From the human T2T-CHM13v2.0 reference genome, Homo sapiens, in NCBI RefSeq assembly GCF_009914755.1, contig NC_060931.1: 64,000 bases of DNA. One strand, written 5' to 3'. Below the pieces are notes generated by a model. It made no database searches. It was not told where the DNA came from and worked only from the letters and a program-made list of their open reading frames with translations. Each line of letters starts with the position of its first letter. Position 1 is the first letter of the stretch. The translations under genes were made by a program, and so were the position numbers. Below are positions 1-11,612 of this stretch, in pieces.

Positions 1-227
1 ATCGAGTGCTTACTCTGTGCCAGACACTTTTCTAGATAAGCCATATATGCAAGAACGGCTGCCGAGTAGAGCTGACATGGTACACGTCGGCCCGGGGGGT
101 CTTGCCCAAGGTCTACACCAGACACCCTGTGCCCTCCATGGTGGTCACCTTGGCCAGCCAGCCTGGTGTGGTTGCATCCTTTTGCCCTTGTGCCTCAGTG
201 ATCCAAGGCTCTCTCCTCTCCACCCAG

Positions 228-3200
228 CCCTGCAGTGTGAAGGGGGACAGGTATATGAGGCCTGTGGCCCCACATGTCCCCCCACCTGCCATGAGCAGCA
301 TCCTGAGCCCGGGTGGCACTGCCAGGTGGTGGCCTGTGTGGAGGGCTGCTTCTGCCCCGAGGGGACTCTGCTGCACGGTGTGTAGAGTGACAAAGGGCAG
401 AGGGGAGGGGCACTGAGACTGGGAAGGGGCCACTGTGCCCTTTTGCTCTGAGCCCTGCACTCTGTGACCTCAGGAGGAGCCTGCTTGGAGCCAGCTTCCT
501 GCCCCTGTGAGTGGGGCCGCAACTCCTTCCCGCCGGGGTCTGTGCTGCAAAAGGACTGCGGGAACTGGTGAGTGGGGAGGTCATCTTGGGGGGGACCTAT
601 TGAAGGAGCACTGGGCCAAGCCCAGCCTGTGGCTGATCCCAGGACGCTGTGTGCTCAGCACGTGCCAGGAAGGTCAATGGCATTGTGGGGGTGACGGTGG
701 CCACTGTGAGGAGCTTGTGCCTGCCTGTGCAGAGGGAGAGGCCCTGTGCCAAGAGAATGGGCACTGTGTGCCCCATGGGTGGCTTTGTGACAACCAGGAC
801 GACTGTGGCGATGGCTCTGATGAGGAGGGTGAGTGTCTTTGCCCATGCGTGGAAGCGACAGGGTTGGTCAGTCCTTGCACATGTAACTGAATTTCCTGGA
901 GCCAAGGCAGCTGTCCTGGAGTGGCTTCTTTAGCTGCTGCTCCCATTGCCAGGGGCTGCCTGTGGCCTGGAGGGATGAGGGGAAGGGAGGGTGTTCTGGT
1001 CCCTCTGGGGTTCAGGGCTTCTCTGGGCCCCTACAGCAGCGTCCTGAGCCTGCCTGTTTGCCCCATGCTAGGTTGTGCCGCCCCAGGCTGTGGGGAGGGG
1101 CAGATGACTTGCAGCTCCGGCCACTGCCTGCCCCTGGCCCTGCTCTGTGACCGCCAGGATGACTGTGGAGATGGCACGGATGAGCCGAGCTATCCGTGCC
1201 CCCAGGGCTTGCTGGCCTGTGCCGATGGACGCTGCCTGCCGCCGGCCCTGCTCTGCGATGGGCATCCTGACTGTCTGGATGCCGCCGACGAGGAGTCCTG
1301 TCTGGGTGAGTTGTCCCTGCCCTGGACGCCAGCCCACCCAGCACTCCCTCCCGCAAGGCCCATCTCCTCAAGAGCCCCGACTTCACCTCCCCCCTCCTTT
1401 GCCAGGTTCCTGCTATGAAGTTGGTCCTGAGGGTGTGGGAGTTGGGGCACCCCAAACAGTAAGAGTACAGGGCAGTGCCCCAGAGCCAGTTCTTCTTTTC
1501 TGTGCAGGGCAGGTGACCTGCGTCCCCGGGGAGGTGTCCTGTGTTGATGGCACCTGCCTGGGGGCCATCCAGCTGTGTGACGGAGTCTGGGACTGCCCAG
1601 ATGGAGCCGATGAGGGGCCGGGACACTGCCCCCTACCTTCTCTGCCCACACCTCCTGCCAGCACCTTGCCTGGCCCCTCCCCAGGCTCCCTGGACACTGC
1701 GTCAAGTCCCCTGGCCAGCGCCAGCCCTGGTGAGTCTCCTGGAGGGAAGAGGTGGGAAAGCTGGTGGCCAGAAGCCTGGGGGAGAGGGGCATGGAAGCCT
1801 CAGAGAGAGGCATTTGTGGCGCTGCTCTGGGATGGGAAGGAGCAGGGCGCAGTGGGAGACACCCGAAGACGCTGGAATGAATGAAGTGGAGGGCGTTTGA
1901 AAGAGTCTACACTCTTTCCTGGCGTTCAAGGCCTCCCTCCCAGCTGCAGGGAGTCTCATGGAAATTCTTGGCCCAGGGGAGAGCTTTGGGAAAACCAACC
2001 GGGCAGCAAAATGCAGAGGTATTGTTCTCGGGAAGGGGCTGCAGGTGGGTTAGGGCCAGGCCCAGGAAATGGCCAAGGGACTTGGACCAGGGAGGGGAGC
2101 AGCGGCGGAGGTGGAAGGACTGACCCGGGCGCGGTTGGGGGTGGGAGGGCGCTCGCCGGCAGAGGATCCAGCGCGGACGCTCCCTGCAGCGCCACCCTGC
2201 GGCCCCTTCGAGTTTCGGTGCGGCAGCGGCGAGTGCACCCCGCGGGGCTGGCGCTGCGACCAGGAGGAAGACTGCGCCGACGGCAGCGACGAGCGCGGCT
2301 GCGGAGGGCCCTGCGCGCCGCACCACGCGCCCTGCGCCCGCGGCCCTCACTGCGTGTCCCCCGAGCAGCTGTGCGACGGCGTGCGGCAGTGTCCCGACGG
2401 CTCGGACGAGGGCCCCGACGCCTGCGTTGAGGCTCCCGCGCCCCCGGCCATGCGCGGCCCCCCTGGCCAAGCCGGCGGGCCCACCTCTTCCCGAGCGCCA
2501 TCCCCACCTTCGCCTCCTGAGGCACAGGTGGGCGCGGCAGCTAGAGTGATTTAGGTTTGGGGGCATCCGAGGCTGGGCCACGTTTGCGTTCCTTTGATCT
2601 TTTTCGTGAAACTTTATTTGAAAAGTTTTTACCCTCCCACCTAGGCCCAGGAGAGCGAAGAAAGGGGCTTTGTCTTTCCCCACACTTGGCCAAGAAGGGA
2701 TAAGAGGGTGGGCAGAGGCTCTGCGGGGATGAGGAGTGTGTCTGTTTGGAGGGATCCCGCCCTCAGCATTTCCCCACCAGACCTGAGCAGACCCTCTGTG
2801 TCACTGCAAGCCAGCCCTTCAGGTCCTGTCTACCTCCCCCTATAGCGAGCTGTCCACAGGCCCCCCAGCTCCTCCCAGGCTGGCCTGTCTGGCCGCCTCC
2901 CACCCGCCTTTCTGCCCCTCTGCAGGGAGAGGGCAGGAAGGGACAGGAGCGGAGCAGGACACATCTCACAGTGCCCGCAGGCTCCACCCAGCTGCCTCTG
3001 TGCCCTGGCCTCTTTCCCTGTGGTGTGGCTCCGGGGCTGTGCCTGACCCCTGAGCAGCTCTGTGATGGGATCCCAGACTGTCCCCAGGGCGAGGACGAGC
3101 TGGACTGCGGTGAGGATGCTTTGTTCCCTGAGGGAGGCCCCGCTGGCTGGGCCCGGGACACAGCTCACACCCCCCGCTCACTGTGTTTTTTCTCCTCTTC

Positions 3201-3300
3201 TTTCCCAGGGGGGCTGCCAGCCCTGGGAGGCCCCAACAGGACAGGGCTTCCCTGCCCAGAATACACCTGCCCCAATGGCACCTGCATAGGCTTCCAGCTG
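228..3300 (+). pseudogene. SSPOP: SSPOP exon group: TIL/VWC plus LDL-receptor class A repeat cluster
   Basis: Exons 228-377, 474-567, 659-828, 1072-1305, 1508-1729, 2190-2426 (or 2527), 2981 (or 2926)-3109, 3209-3300. Peptides include [46 protein letters not shown]. Confidence 0.9.
2100..2540. promoter_or_regulatory. Intragenic CpG island over an LDLa exon
   Basis: Very dense CpG (cgcggacgc, gcggcgag, cgcgccg...) compared with the CpG-depleted neighbouring exons and introns. Confidence 0.7.
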
Positions 3301-5965
3301 GTGAGGGTGGGAGTGGGTGGAGGAGGCGGCAGTGCCATGTTGCCTCCCAGCACAAGAGCCCTGACCCCACTCCCTCCCCAGGTGTGTGATGGGCAGCCTG
3401 ACTGTGGAAGGCCAGGGCAGGTGGGCCCCTCCCCAGAAGAGCAGGGTTGTGGGGCCTGGGGCCCCTGGAGCCCATGGGGGCCCTGCAGCCGGACGTGTGG
3501 GCCCTGGGGCCAGGGCCGGAGCCGCCGCTGCTCCCCACTCGGCCTCCTGGTGCTACAGAACTGCCCAGGGCCTGAGCACCAGTCTCAGGCCTGCTTCACG
3601 GCAGCCTGCCCAGGTGAGGGGCTGGGGTGGTGGGGCCTGGATAGAGGAAGGGAGAAGAAGGCCACTAGGCCTTCAGCCCTCCCCCATGGTCCTCACTGCC
3701 TGCCCTGTCCCCCTGCCTCACAGTGGACGGTGAATGGAGCACCTGGTCCCCCTGGTCTGTGTGCTCTGAGCCGTGCAGGGGCACCATGACGCGGCAACGG
3801 CAGTGCCACTCACCCCAGAATGGGGGCCGCACCTGTGCTGCACTGCCCGGAGGCCTGCACAGCACCCGCCAGACCAGTGAGTTGAAGAGAGGATGGTGCT
3901 GCTGGTGGGAGGCCATCCTCTCTGCAGAGCTCCCTTCCCTGACCTCTGACCTCTGCTTCCGGCTTCTCTCAGAGCCTTGCCCTCAGGACGGCTGCCCCAA
4001 TGCCACTTGCTCTGGGGAGCTGATGTTCCAGCCCTGTGCCCCCTGCCCACTGACCTGTGATGACATCTCTGGCCAGGTCACGTGCCCACCTGATTGGCCC
4101 TGCGGCAGCCCGGGTAAGGGGGCTCTGGGCCCAGGTGCTGGCTCCAGGGTGTGGGTCTGTGGCAACAGCCCTCTGCATGGAAGCCTCACCCTGGGCCCCC
4201 TCTAGGCTGCTGGTGCCCAGAAGGGCAGGTGCTGGGCAGCGAGGGGTGGTGTGTGTGGCCCCGGCAGTGCCCCTGCCTGGTGGACGGTGCCCGCTACTGG
4301 CCTGGGCAACGCATCAAGGCCGACTGCCAGCTCTGCATCTGCCAAGACGGACGGCCCCGACGCTGCCGACTCAACCCGGACTGCGCTGGTGAGGCCCTTC
4401 CCTCGGGGTCCCTAGTCCTCTCCCTGGACCGCCCAGCTGCACATCCACCACCTCCTTCAGGCTCTGACTGTTGGCCCTCCCTCAGTGGACTGTGGCTGGT
4501 CCTCCTGGTCACCCTGGGCCAAGTGCCTGGGCCCCTGTGGAAGCCAGAGCATCCAGTGGTCCTTCCGGAGCTCCAACAACCCCCGCCCCTCCGGCCGAGG
4601 TCGCCAGTGCCGTGGCATCCACCGCAAGGCACGCAGGTGCTCTGTTCCCCACCCACCGGGGGACCTGCAGGGACCTTGGCCCGCACCCCACCTCCCACTT
4701 AGGAAGCTTCCTGTGTGCCCCTTCCACATCCACCACACATCCCCAATTCGGAACCCCTGCCCTGTGCCCCTACCCGTCTAAATCCCGGGAGTCCCGGAAC
4801 CTCTTTGGGGACCCCTGGCCTTTCCCTTCTCTAGTTTTATGCCCTCTAGGTCTTGAAGGTGGGTAGACGGAGCCCGCAGATGCAGCTTCACAAACTCAGC
4901 TTGAATTCCTGGGCTGAGGCTTGCGGGGGGCTCTTGCCATAGCTGCCTCCCCAGCCCCCTCTGGGACCCACGGCGCTGGCTGCAGTGCTGGTACAAATTG
5001 CTTCCCTGGCCTTCTTCTGGGCCAGTTGCAATGTCTCAGGTGTAGGGGCAGAGTGGGCTGATAGGGTGACCAAATGTCTCAGTTTGCCCAGGACTTCCTC
5101 AGTTTTATCACAGAAAGTCCCAAGTCCTGGGAAAGTCCTCAGTCCAGGCGAACCAGGAGAGTTGTTTACCCCAAGCAAGCCCCGTCACCAGGCCAGGGAC
5201 ATCCCTCCCTTCTCAGGTGCCAGACGGAGCCCTGTGAGGGGTGTGAGCATCAGGGCCAGGTCCACCGTGTCGGGGAACGCTGGCATGGGGGCCCCTGCAG
5301 GGTGTGCCAGTGTCTGCACAACCTCACCGCACACTGCTCACCCTACTGCCCGCTCGGCAGCTGCCCCCAGGTGAGGGCACTGGAGTGTGTGGTGGGCAGA
5401 GCTGGAGGGGATGGGGAGGCTGGTGGAATGGGTTGGAGATAGGCAGGCGGCCTGACCTCTGTGCCTCTGCAGGGCTGGGTCTTGGTGGAGGGGACGGGAG
5501 AATCATGCTGCCACTGTGCCCTACCTGGTGAGTGTGCCTGGGGCATGACAGGGAAGTCCCAGGGGGAGGACAATCGGCAGGGTCTCTGAGAGGGAACCAG
5601 GGGCACTGAGCGGGGGTGGCTGGATACCCCAGCCTCAGGGTGGCAGGAAGCCTGAGTTCTGCATGCCAAGGGAAGGAGGGGACCTCGGGGTGCGAAGGCT
5701 TCTCTCTGCCCTCCCTCTCCGTCCGCCCTGCCTTCCTGTGCTTTGGGGGCTTTCTGCCTCCCCCATGGTGCCACCTTTGAGGTGCTCTCTTTCCTCTGTT
5801 TCTGCTCAGATCTGGTTGCTCTGGTTGCTTTTCTTTCCCTCTTAGAATAGCCAAGACAAAGTTAAGTTGGACTTTTCAAAAGTATCTTTGCCTGGAAAGG
5901 AGTTATAAGTGAAACGGGAAAATACAAAGGCTTGAAATGGATGCATTTATGGGTCCAGGTTTTCC

Positions 5966-6033
5966 GTCTTGTCTTGTCTTGTCCTGTCCTGTCCTGTCCT
6001 GTCCTGTCCTGTCCTGTCCTGTCCTGTCCTGTC
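5966..6033. repeat. (GTCTT)n/(GTCCT)n pentanucleotide microsatellite abutting an Alu tail
   Basis: gtcttgtcttgtctt followed by ~10 gtcct units. Confidence 0.9.
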
Positions 6034-6040
6034 TCCTCTT

Positions 6041-6245
6041 CTTTTCTTTCTGACAGGGTCTCACTCTGACCCCCAGGCTGGAGTGTAGTGGTGTGATCTC
6101 GGCTCACTGCAACCTCTGCTTCCTGGCTTCAAGCGATTCTTATGCTTCATCCTCCCGAGTAGCTGGGGTTAGACATGCACCACCATGCCCAGCTAATTTT
6201 TGTATTTTTAGCAGAGACAGAGTTTTGCCATGTTGATCAGGCTGC
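6041..6245 (-). mobile_element. Alu (partial, antisense)
   Basis: gacagggtctcactctg..caggctggagtgtagtgg..gctaatttttgtattttta..; left arm truncated. Confidence 0.9.
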
Positions 6246-7122
6246 CCCATTCTTATCCTAAAAGTGCATCCACAGGTTGCTGAGGTTAAAACAGAACCAG
6301 CATACTCAGCTGCACAGGTTGTTCACTGTACAAGTTAGCTGGTGATTGGGACCCAGACTCCAGCCCACAGAGCTGCTTTCATCCAGAGGCAGCCCCTTTC
6401 TAATGCCCATGAAGGTGCCTTTTTGGTGTCAGCACCCCTGGATTAGGAACTGCAGTTGCTGGGTCCTGGGCTGAAAGTAGTTTCAGGCTGGCAGTTTTAC
6501 TCTATGTTCTCTAAATATTCAGTAGATGTGAAAGCCCCCAATTCACACCAAGGGAAGGAGGAGGGACCTTTCCCAGCTAGGAGGTTGTTCCTGGGAAGTC
6601 AGCAGGGAGAAAATGCTCTAAGAAGTGGGGAGAGGCCTGAGTGCTGGGCTGGGGACTGTGAGCCTCTCGGTCTCTGTCTCCTGACCCTGAAGTCTCCTCC
6701 CACAGGAGAGAACCAGACGGTCCAGCCCATGGCCACTCCTGCCGCAGCTCCGGCTCCCAGTCCCCAGATCAGATTCCCTTTGGCCACTTACATTCTGCCT
6801 CCGTCAGGAGGTAAGGGCCATGTGCTATGGAGTGCAGTGCTGAGAGGGGCCATGCTGCCCAGGGGTTGTCCAACCTGGGAGGGGAAACAGGCCCTCGGGG
6901 ACATCCTCCTTGCCCTGCACACTGTGGATGGTTGTCCTAAGGATCTGGGAGTCATCCTATCTTAAGTTGCCTCTCTTGACTCTTCCCTCCCTGGGCTAAA
7001 GTCACCCATGTGGACGTTTCACATCCCCTAGCTCCCCATGCGACTTCCTAACCGTGTCCCTGCAGGCTCCTGCCGCCCTCTGTCCTCCCCTACTCCAGCC
7101 TGTCTCTCTCTTCTGCACCCAG

Positions 7123-8427
7123 ACCCCTGCTATTCTCCCCTGGGGCTGGCCGGACTGGCTGAGGGGAGTCTGCATGCATCGTCCCAGCAGCTGGAACACC
7201 CCACCCAGGCTGCCCTCCTGGGGGCTCCCACCCAGGGGCCCAGCCCTCAGGGATGGCACGCTGGAGGGGATGCTTATGCCAAGTGGCACACTCGGCCCCA
7301 TTACCTGCAGCTGGACCTGCTTCAGCCTCGGAACCTCACTGGTCAGTGAGGAGGGCAGTGCTTGAGGGGGAGGCAGTGATGATGGGCGGGGGGCCGGTGT
7401 AGCTCCTTCAGCTCTGACCTCTGCTCTTGCCCTGGCCCCTCCCTCCCCAGGCATCCTAGTGCCGGAGACTGGCTCCTCCAACGCATATGCCAGCAGCTTC
7501 TCACTCCAGTTCAGCAGCAATGGTCTACACTGGCATGACTATCGTGACCTCCTGCCTGGCATCTTGCCCCTGCCCAAGGTATCACCCGCCCAAGGCCGAT
7601 GGGGCCAGCAGCCCACCATGCCCTTTTGTGGGTTCCATAGTCTTTGTCCCCAAGGGCCTTCCAGTGTCCCCGAGGGGCATGGCCTGCATTCGATGCTTGT
7701 TGAATACCTGGTGAGTAGCAGGGACTGTGCTCTGTGGAGCCGAGGCTTGGGTGCCACTGTCACATGGATGCTGGAAACCATCCAAGTGGCTCAGACTCAG
7801 GGCAGGTATGTGAAGCCTGCAAGGGAGAGAGGATGGGGAGACACCAAGTTCACTGAGGGCCTCCGGGAGCCCAGACCCACGCACGTCTTCGTGGAGAGCA
7901 GCCTGGGCACAGCCCTGCCCTCAGGGGGTTTGCATCCTTCCCGGAGACAAACCGCACGAAGCGGTAGGAATCAGTCCGTGCTGTGTTAAGTCTTAACTGT
8001 TTCAGGAGCACCTGCTCTGTGCCAGGTGCCGAGCCAGGCCCTGGGGACACAGCAGTGAACAGGACCTGGCCTTTGCCCTAGGGGCACCTCCAGCTTAGCG
8101 AGAGGAGCTCAGTCCAGGACCAGCCCCCTCCAGCCTTGAGAGGCCCAAATGCCTACTGCCAGGGTGGGGGGCATGGCTCTGGGAGGGGCCGTGAAAACTG
8201 GGGAAAAAGTGGGGTCACTCAAAGTCATGAGGTCAGCCTGAAAAAGAGGTGAAGCTCAGTCATCCGCATCCTCTGCTGGCAGCTTTTCCCCAGAAACTGG
8301 GATGACCTGGACCCTGCCGTATGGACTTTCGGCCGCATGGTGCAGGCGAGGTTTGTCAGGGTGTGGCCCCACGATGTCCACCACAGCGATGTCCCCCTGC
8401 AGGTGGAGCTGCTGGGCTGCGAGCCAG
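7123..8427 (+). pseudogene. SSPOP: SSPOP exons encoding the F5/8 type C (discoidin) domain
   Basis: Exons 7123-7341 (alternative in-frame acceptor at 7066), 7451-7578, 8283-8427; motifs [42 protein letters not shown]. Confidence 0.88.
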
Positions 8428-8849
8428 GTACAGGTTGCGCAGGGGTGGGCAGGGCAGGAGAGAGAGGGGCCATGGGAGGAGCCCTCAGCCATACGTCCTC
8501 CACACAGGGTCCCCACCGGCACCTCTGTGCCCAGGGGTTGGACTCCGCTGTGCCAGTGGTGAGTGTGTCCTGAGAGGGGGCCCTTGTGACGGTGTTCTGG
8601 ACTGCGAGGATGGCTCGGATGAGGAGGGCTGTGTGTTGCTGCCTGAGGGCACTGGCAGGTATACTGTGGCCGGCCGTGCAGCTCACGCCCTTGGCCTGGC
8701 CTTTGAGGGGACAGCCATGTGGGAGGGGCCCGGCACTGCCTTCACCCCCAAGGTGCCCAGACCCTGCATGCTGAGGAGCTGCAGCCGGGTGCCTTCAAGG
8801 CCCTTTCCCACCTGGATTCTAGGATTCCCTGCCTTTCTCATAGTTGAGT

Positions 8850-9018
8850 CAGGGGTTCTCCAGGTGTGGGCCCTGGACCAGCAGCATCGGCAGCACCTGG
8901 AGCTTGTTAGAAGGGCAGGTTCTCGGGCCCGCCCAGACCTGCAGGGGTGGGGTGCAGCAATGTGTGTCTTACAAGCCCCTCAGGTGATTCTAACCCATGG
9001 TCAAGTTGGGAGCTACTG
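8850..9018 (+). mobile_element. MER5A-like hAT-Charlie DNA transposon remnant
   Basis: caggggttctc..ggaccagcagcatc..gcttgttagaa..caggtgattct..gagctactg matches the recalled MER5A consensus and its terminal inverted repeats. Confidence 0.75.
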
Positions 9019-10706
9019 TTGGGAACATCGCCTTTGTCCAGCCTCAGTGGGCAGAGTCCTTCCTGAATGCTCACTCCCGCAAAGACCCCAGGCCCAGCAA
9101 AAGCACACTGACGCCCCTGCCTGGAAGGGGGGCACTGGTGCTGGGAGGGCCCCTGGAGTCCTTTTGGCTATTTTTCTCCCCAGATTCCATTCCACAGCCA
9201 AGACCCTGGCCCTCTCCTCTGCCCAGCCGGGGCAGCTGCTGCACTGGCCCAGGGAGGTGAGTGTAGAGCCTTGGGCCCAGAGGGTGGAGTGGGGGGACGG
9301 GGACCTCGCCTCACAGCCTCACCAGCCCTGCTCCTGCACCAGCTGGCGGCGTCTCCCCTCTCCGCAGCATTTCCTCCTGTGTGTTCCCTGGTACTGCTCT
9401 CAGGAGCCTTGCCGGTGCCTGGCTGCAGAGACGTGCAGGCAGAGCGAGGGCCCAGAGGGGTTTGGGGACAAGAGAAGCCTGCACCCCTGATAGGGAGCTT
9501 ATGCCCACGGGGCAGGCACCAGGGCATCTGGTGCTCAGAGCCGAAAAGAGCCCTGTGCCCGGGTCCCCAGGGGCTTCCCGGACAAGACTTGAGGGCTGGA
9601 GAGGGGTGTCTATAGTGTGGAGAAGGCGCGGAGCACCTTCCCACCTGGAATGGCCTGGTCAGCAACCCAGAGTGTGTGGGTGGGGTAGGGGGTAGGGGGT
9701 GGACATGTGCATTGGGTGGGGGAAGGGGAGTTTGAGGGGCAAGAGCTGAAATGGATCACCCTGGTGGGCTGCTGAGAATAAGGTCCCTGAGCTCCTTGAG
9801 GGCAGTGGGCTGGTGCCTGGAAGCGCAGTTGCGTGCTCAGCTCTGCCCTGGGCTGCGGGGGAGGAAGATGGACAGGAAGCAGTGCTGGGACTGTGAGCGC
9901 CCAGGCTGTATCCTCAGGGGATGGGAGCTGCCCTCAGGGCCGGGGGCTGTGCAGGGTGCTGAGCCCTCTCCCTCTGCAGGGCCTGGCAGAGACTGAGCAC
10001 TGGCCCCCTGGGCAGGAATCCCCCACGTCCCCGACAGGTGTGTGCACAGACTCCAGGCCTCCTCCCCAAACTCTTGTCCCACCTGTTCTTCCAGAGCCAG
10101 GGGCCGTTACATCTCAGGGGTTCAAATCCCATGACCCCTGACTTCCCCACAACCAAGAGAGTCACGGGGTTGGCTCAGGGAGGAGACACTGGTCACTTTG
10201 GACATGGCCAGGTCCTGCCCCTGCCCACCCCCTGGGATTCCAAGGTATGTGGCTGTAGGTTGGCGGGGCAGGTAGCTCCAGGCCAGCTCCCAGGACTGAG
10301 CCTGTGCCCTGTAATGTGGCTGCCTCTCCAGATGCCTGGTCAGGACAGGTCTCCCCCATGGGGGTGGGAGGCCACTTGGCTCCAGCCTGCACTCTCTCTG
10401 CTCACCATCCATGGAGCCAGGCCCCCCTTTCTGAAGCGTTTGCTGGCATCAAATGTCTCTTAAGTGGGCACGGGGGTTGGATGTGGTCACCAAGTTGGCA
10501 TGCTCCTATATAAGGAAGGAAGAGGCTCTGCCTGGTTGTGAACCGGCCTCCCTGGAGCTACCTGATTATTCACCTGTGTGCTAGCCAGCAGAGAGCTGCC
10601 TCCTGGAGGGCCTGCTGTCCTGCGGGGATGAGGGGGTGGTAAGAGGGCTTTTGGTGTGGGTGAATTCTTGCCCTCATTTCTAGCCCCTATGGGAGGGATC
10701 TGGGTG

Positions 10707-11612
10707 AGGCTTGGGGCAGCAGGGGCTGGAGAGGAAGGAGGGTGAGGGCACCAGGTCTGCTCTTTCATTCTGGCTCATCCTCCCCTGGGCCTCAGCTTTT
10801 CCCCATCTGTGACACTAGGAGGCCTTATAGACAACTGTGGCCCCTCCCTGTGAGTTCTGATGGAAGTTATTCAGAACCTGGCCGGACTGTTTCTGTGTCT
10901 TTTGTGAAAAGCAGACAAAGCAATTGATGCCACCCCTCAGATCCATAACATGCAGACCCATGGGATACATTATAATTTCATTCTCAGTCTGGTTAAAAAA
11001 AAAAAAAAAAGGCTGTCTTTGAATGCATCTCTTGCCAGAAAATGAGACTTTTAACCCTTTTCACTGTAGCTGCCAGGAAGCCCAAAATCAGTTTGTTGTT
11101 GTTGTTGTTGTTGTTTGTTTACAACAGAAACAATGAACTCACCCTGGGTCTCTGGTAGTGTTTACTCCCTCTGCTGCTGTGTTAAAATGACCTCAGTTCT
11201 TTGTCTCCCTAAATATCGTATTTTATGGTGAGTTTGAACTTGAAAGTTGCCATGTGTTTCTTCTTGGGAATAGAATAAAAATCTCAGATCAAAACAAGTC
11301 TTCTACTTTCAGCCAAAGCCCTTCCTGTGCTCCTTGGATTTTTTTGATGCAAGGCCTCTCAGAAGGCATCAATTGCTTTGTCTGCTTTTCACAAAAGACA
11401 CAGAAACAGTCCGGCCAGGTTCTGAATAACCTCCATCAGAACTCACAGGGAGGGGCCACAGTTGTCTATAAGGCCTCCTAGTGTCACAGATGGGGAAAAG
11501 CTGAGGCCCAGGCAGGTGGCACGGTGAGGCCCAGGGGAGGATGAGCCAGAATGAAAGAGCAGCCCTGGCACCCTCACCCTCCTTTCTCTCCAGCCCCTGC
11601 TGCCCCAAGCCT
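10707..11612. repeat. Long inverted repeat: arms 10707-10931 and 11365-11612, 433-bp spacer
   Basis: Arms are reverse complements with ~5 substitutions plus one 23-bp indel; the ORF track shows the same peptide on opposite strands (10742+ and 11369-). Confidence 0.95.

Larger units (their letters stand above)
3382..6810 (+). pseudogene. SSPOP: SSPOP exon group: first TSR, TIL and VWC modules
   Basis: Exons 3382-3613, 3724-3876, 3973-4113, 4206-4388, 4486-4636, 5217-5370, 5473-5527, 6706-6810; phases chain without a break. Confidence 0.9.

Noticed and set aside
8321-9490. 389-aa ORF as a single coding exon
   Set aside because: Spans two real exons and an intron containing MER5A; openness is plausibly due to GC-richness.
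10707-11612. Inverted repeat as an autonomous or MITE-type DNA transposon
   Set aside because: No evident target-site duplication, no transposase and no recognisable TIR family; the arms contain a MIR-like fragment, favouring a local inverted duplication.
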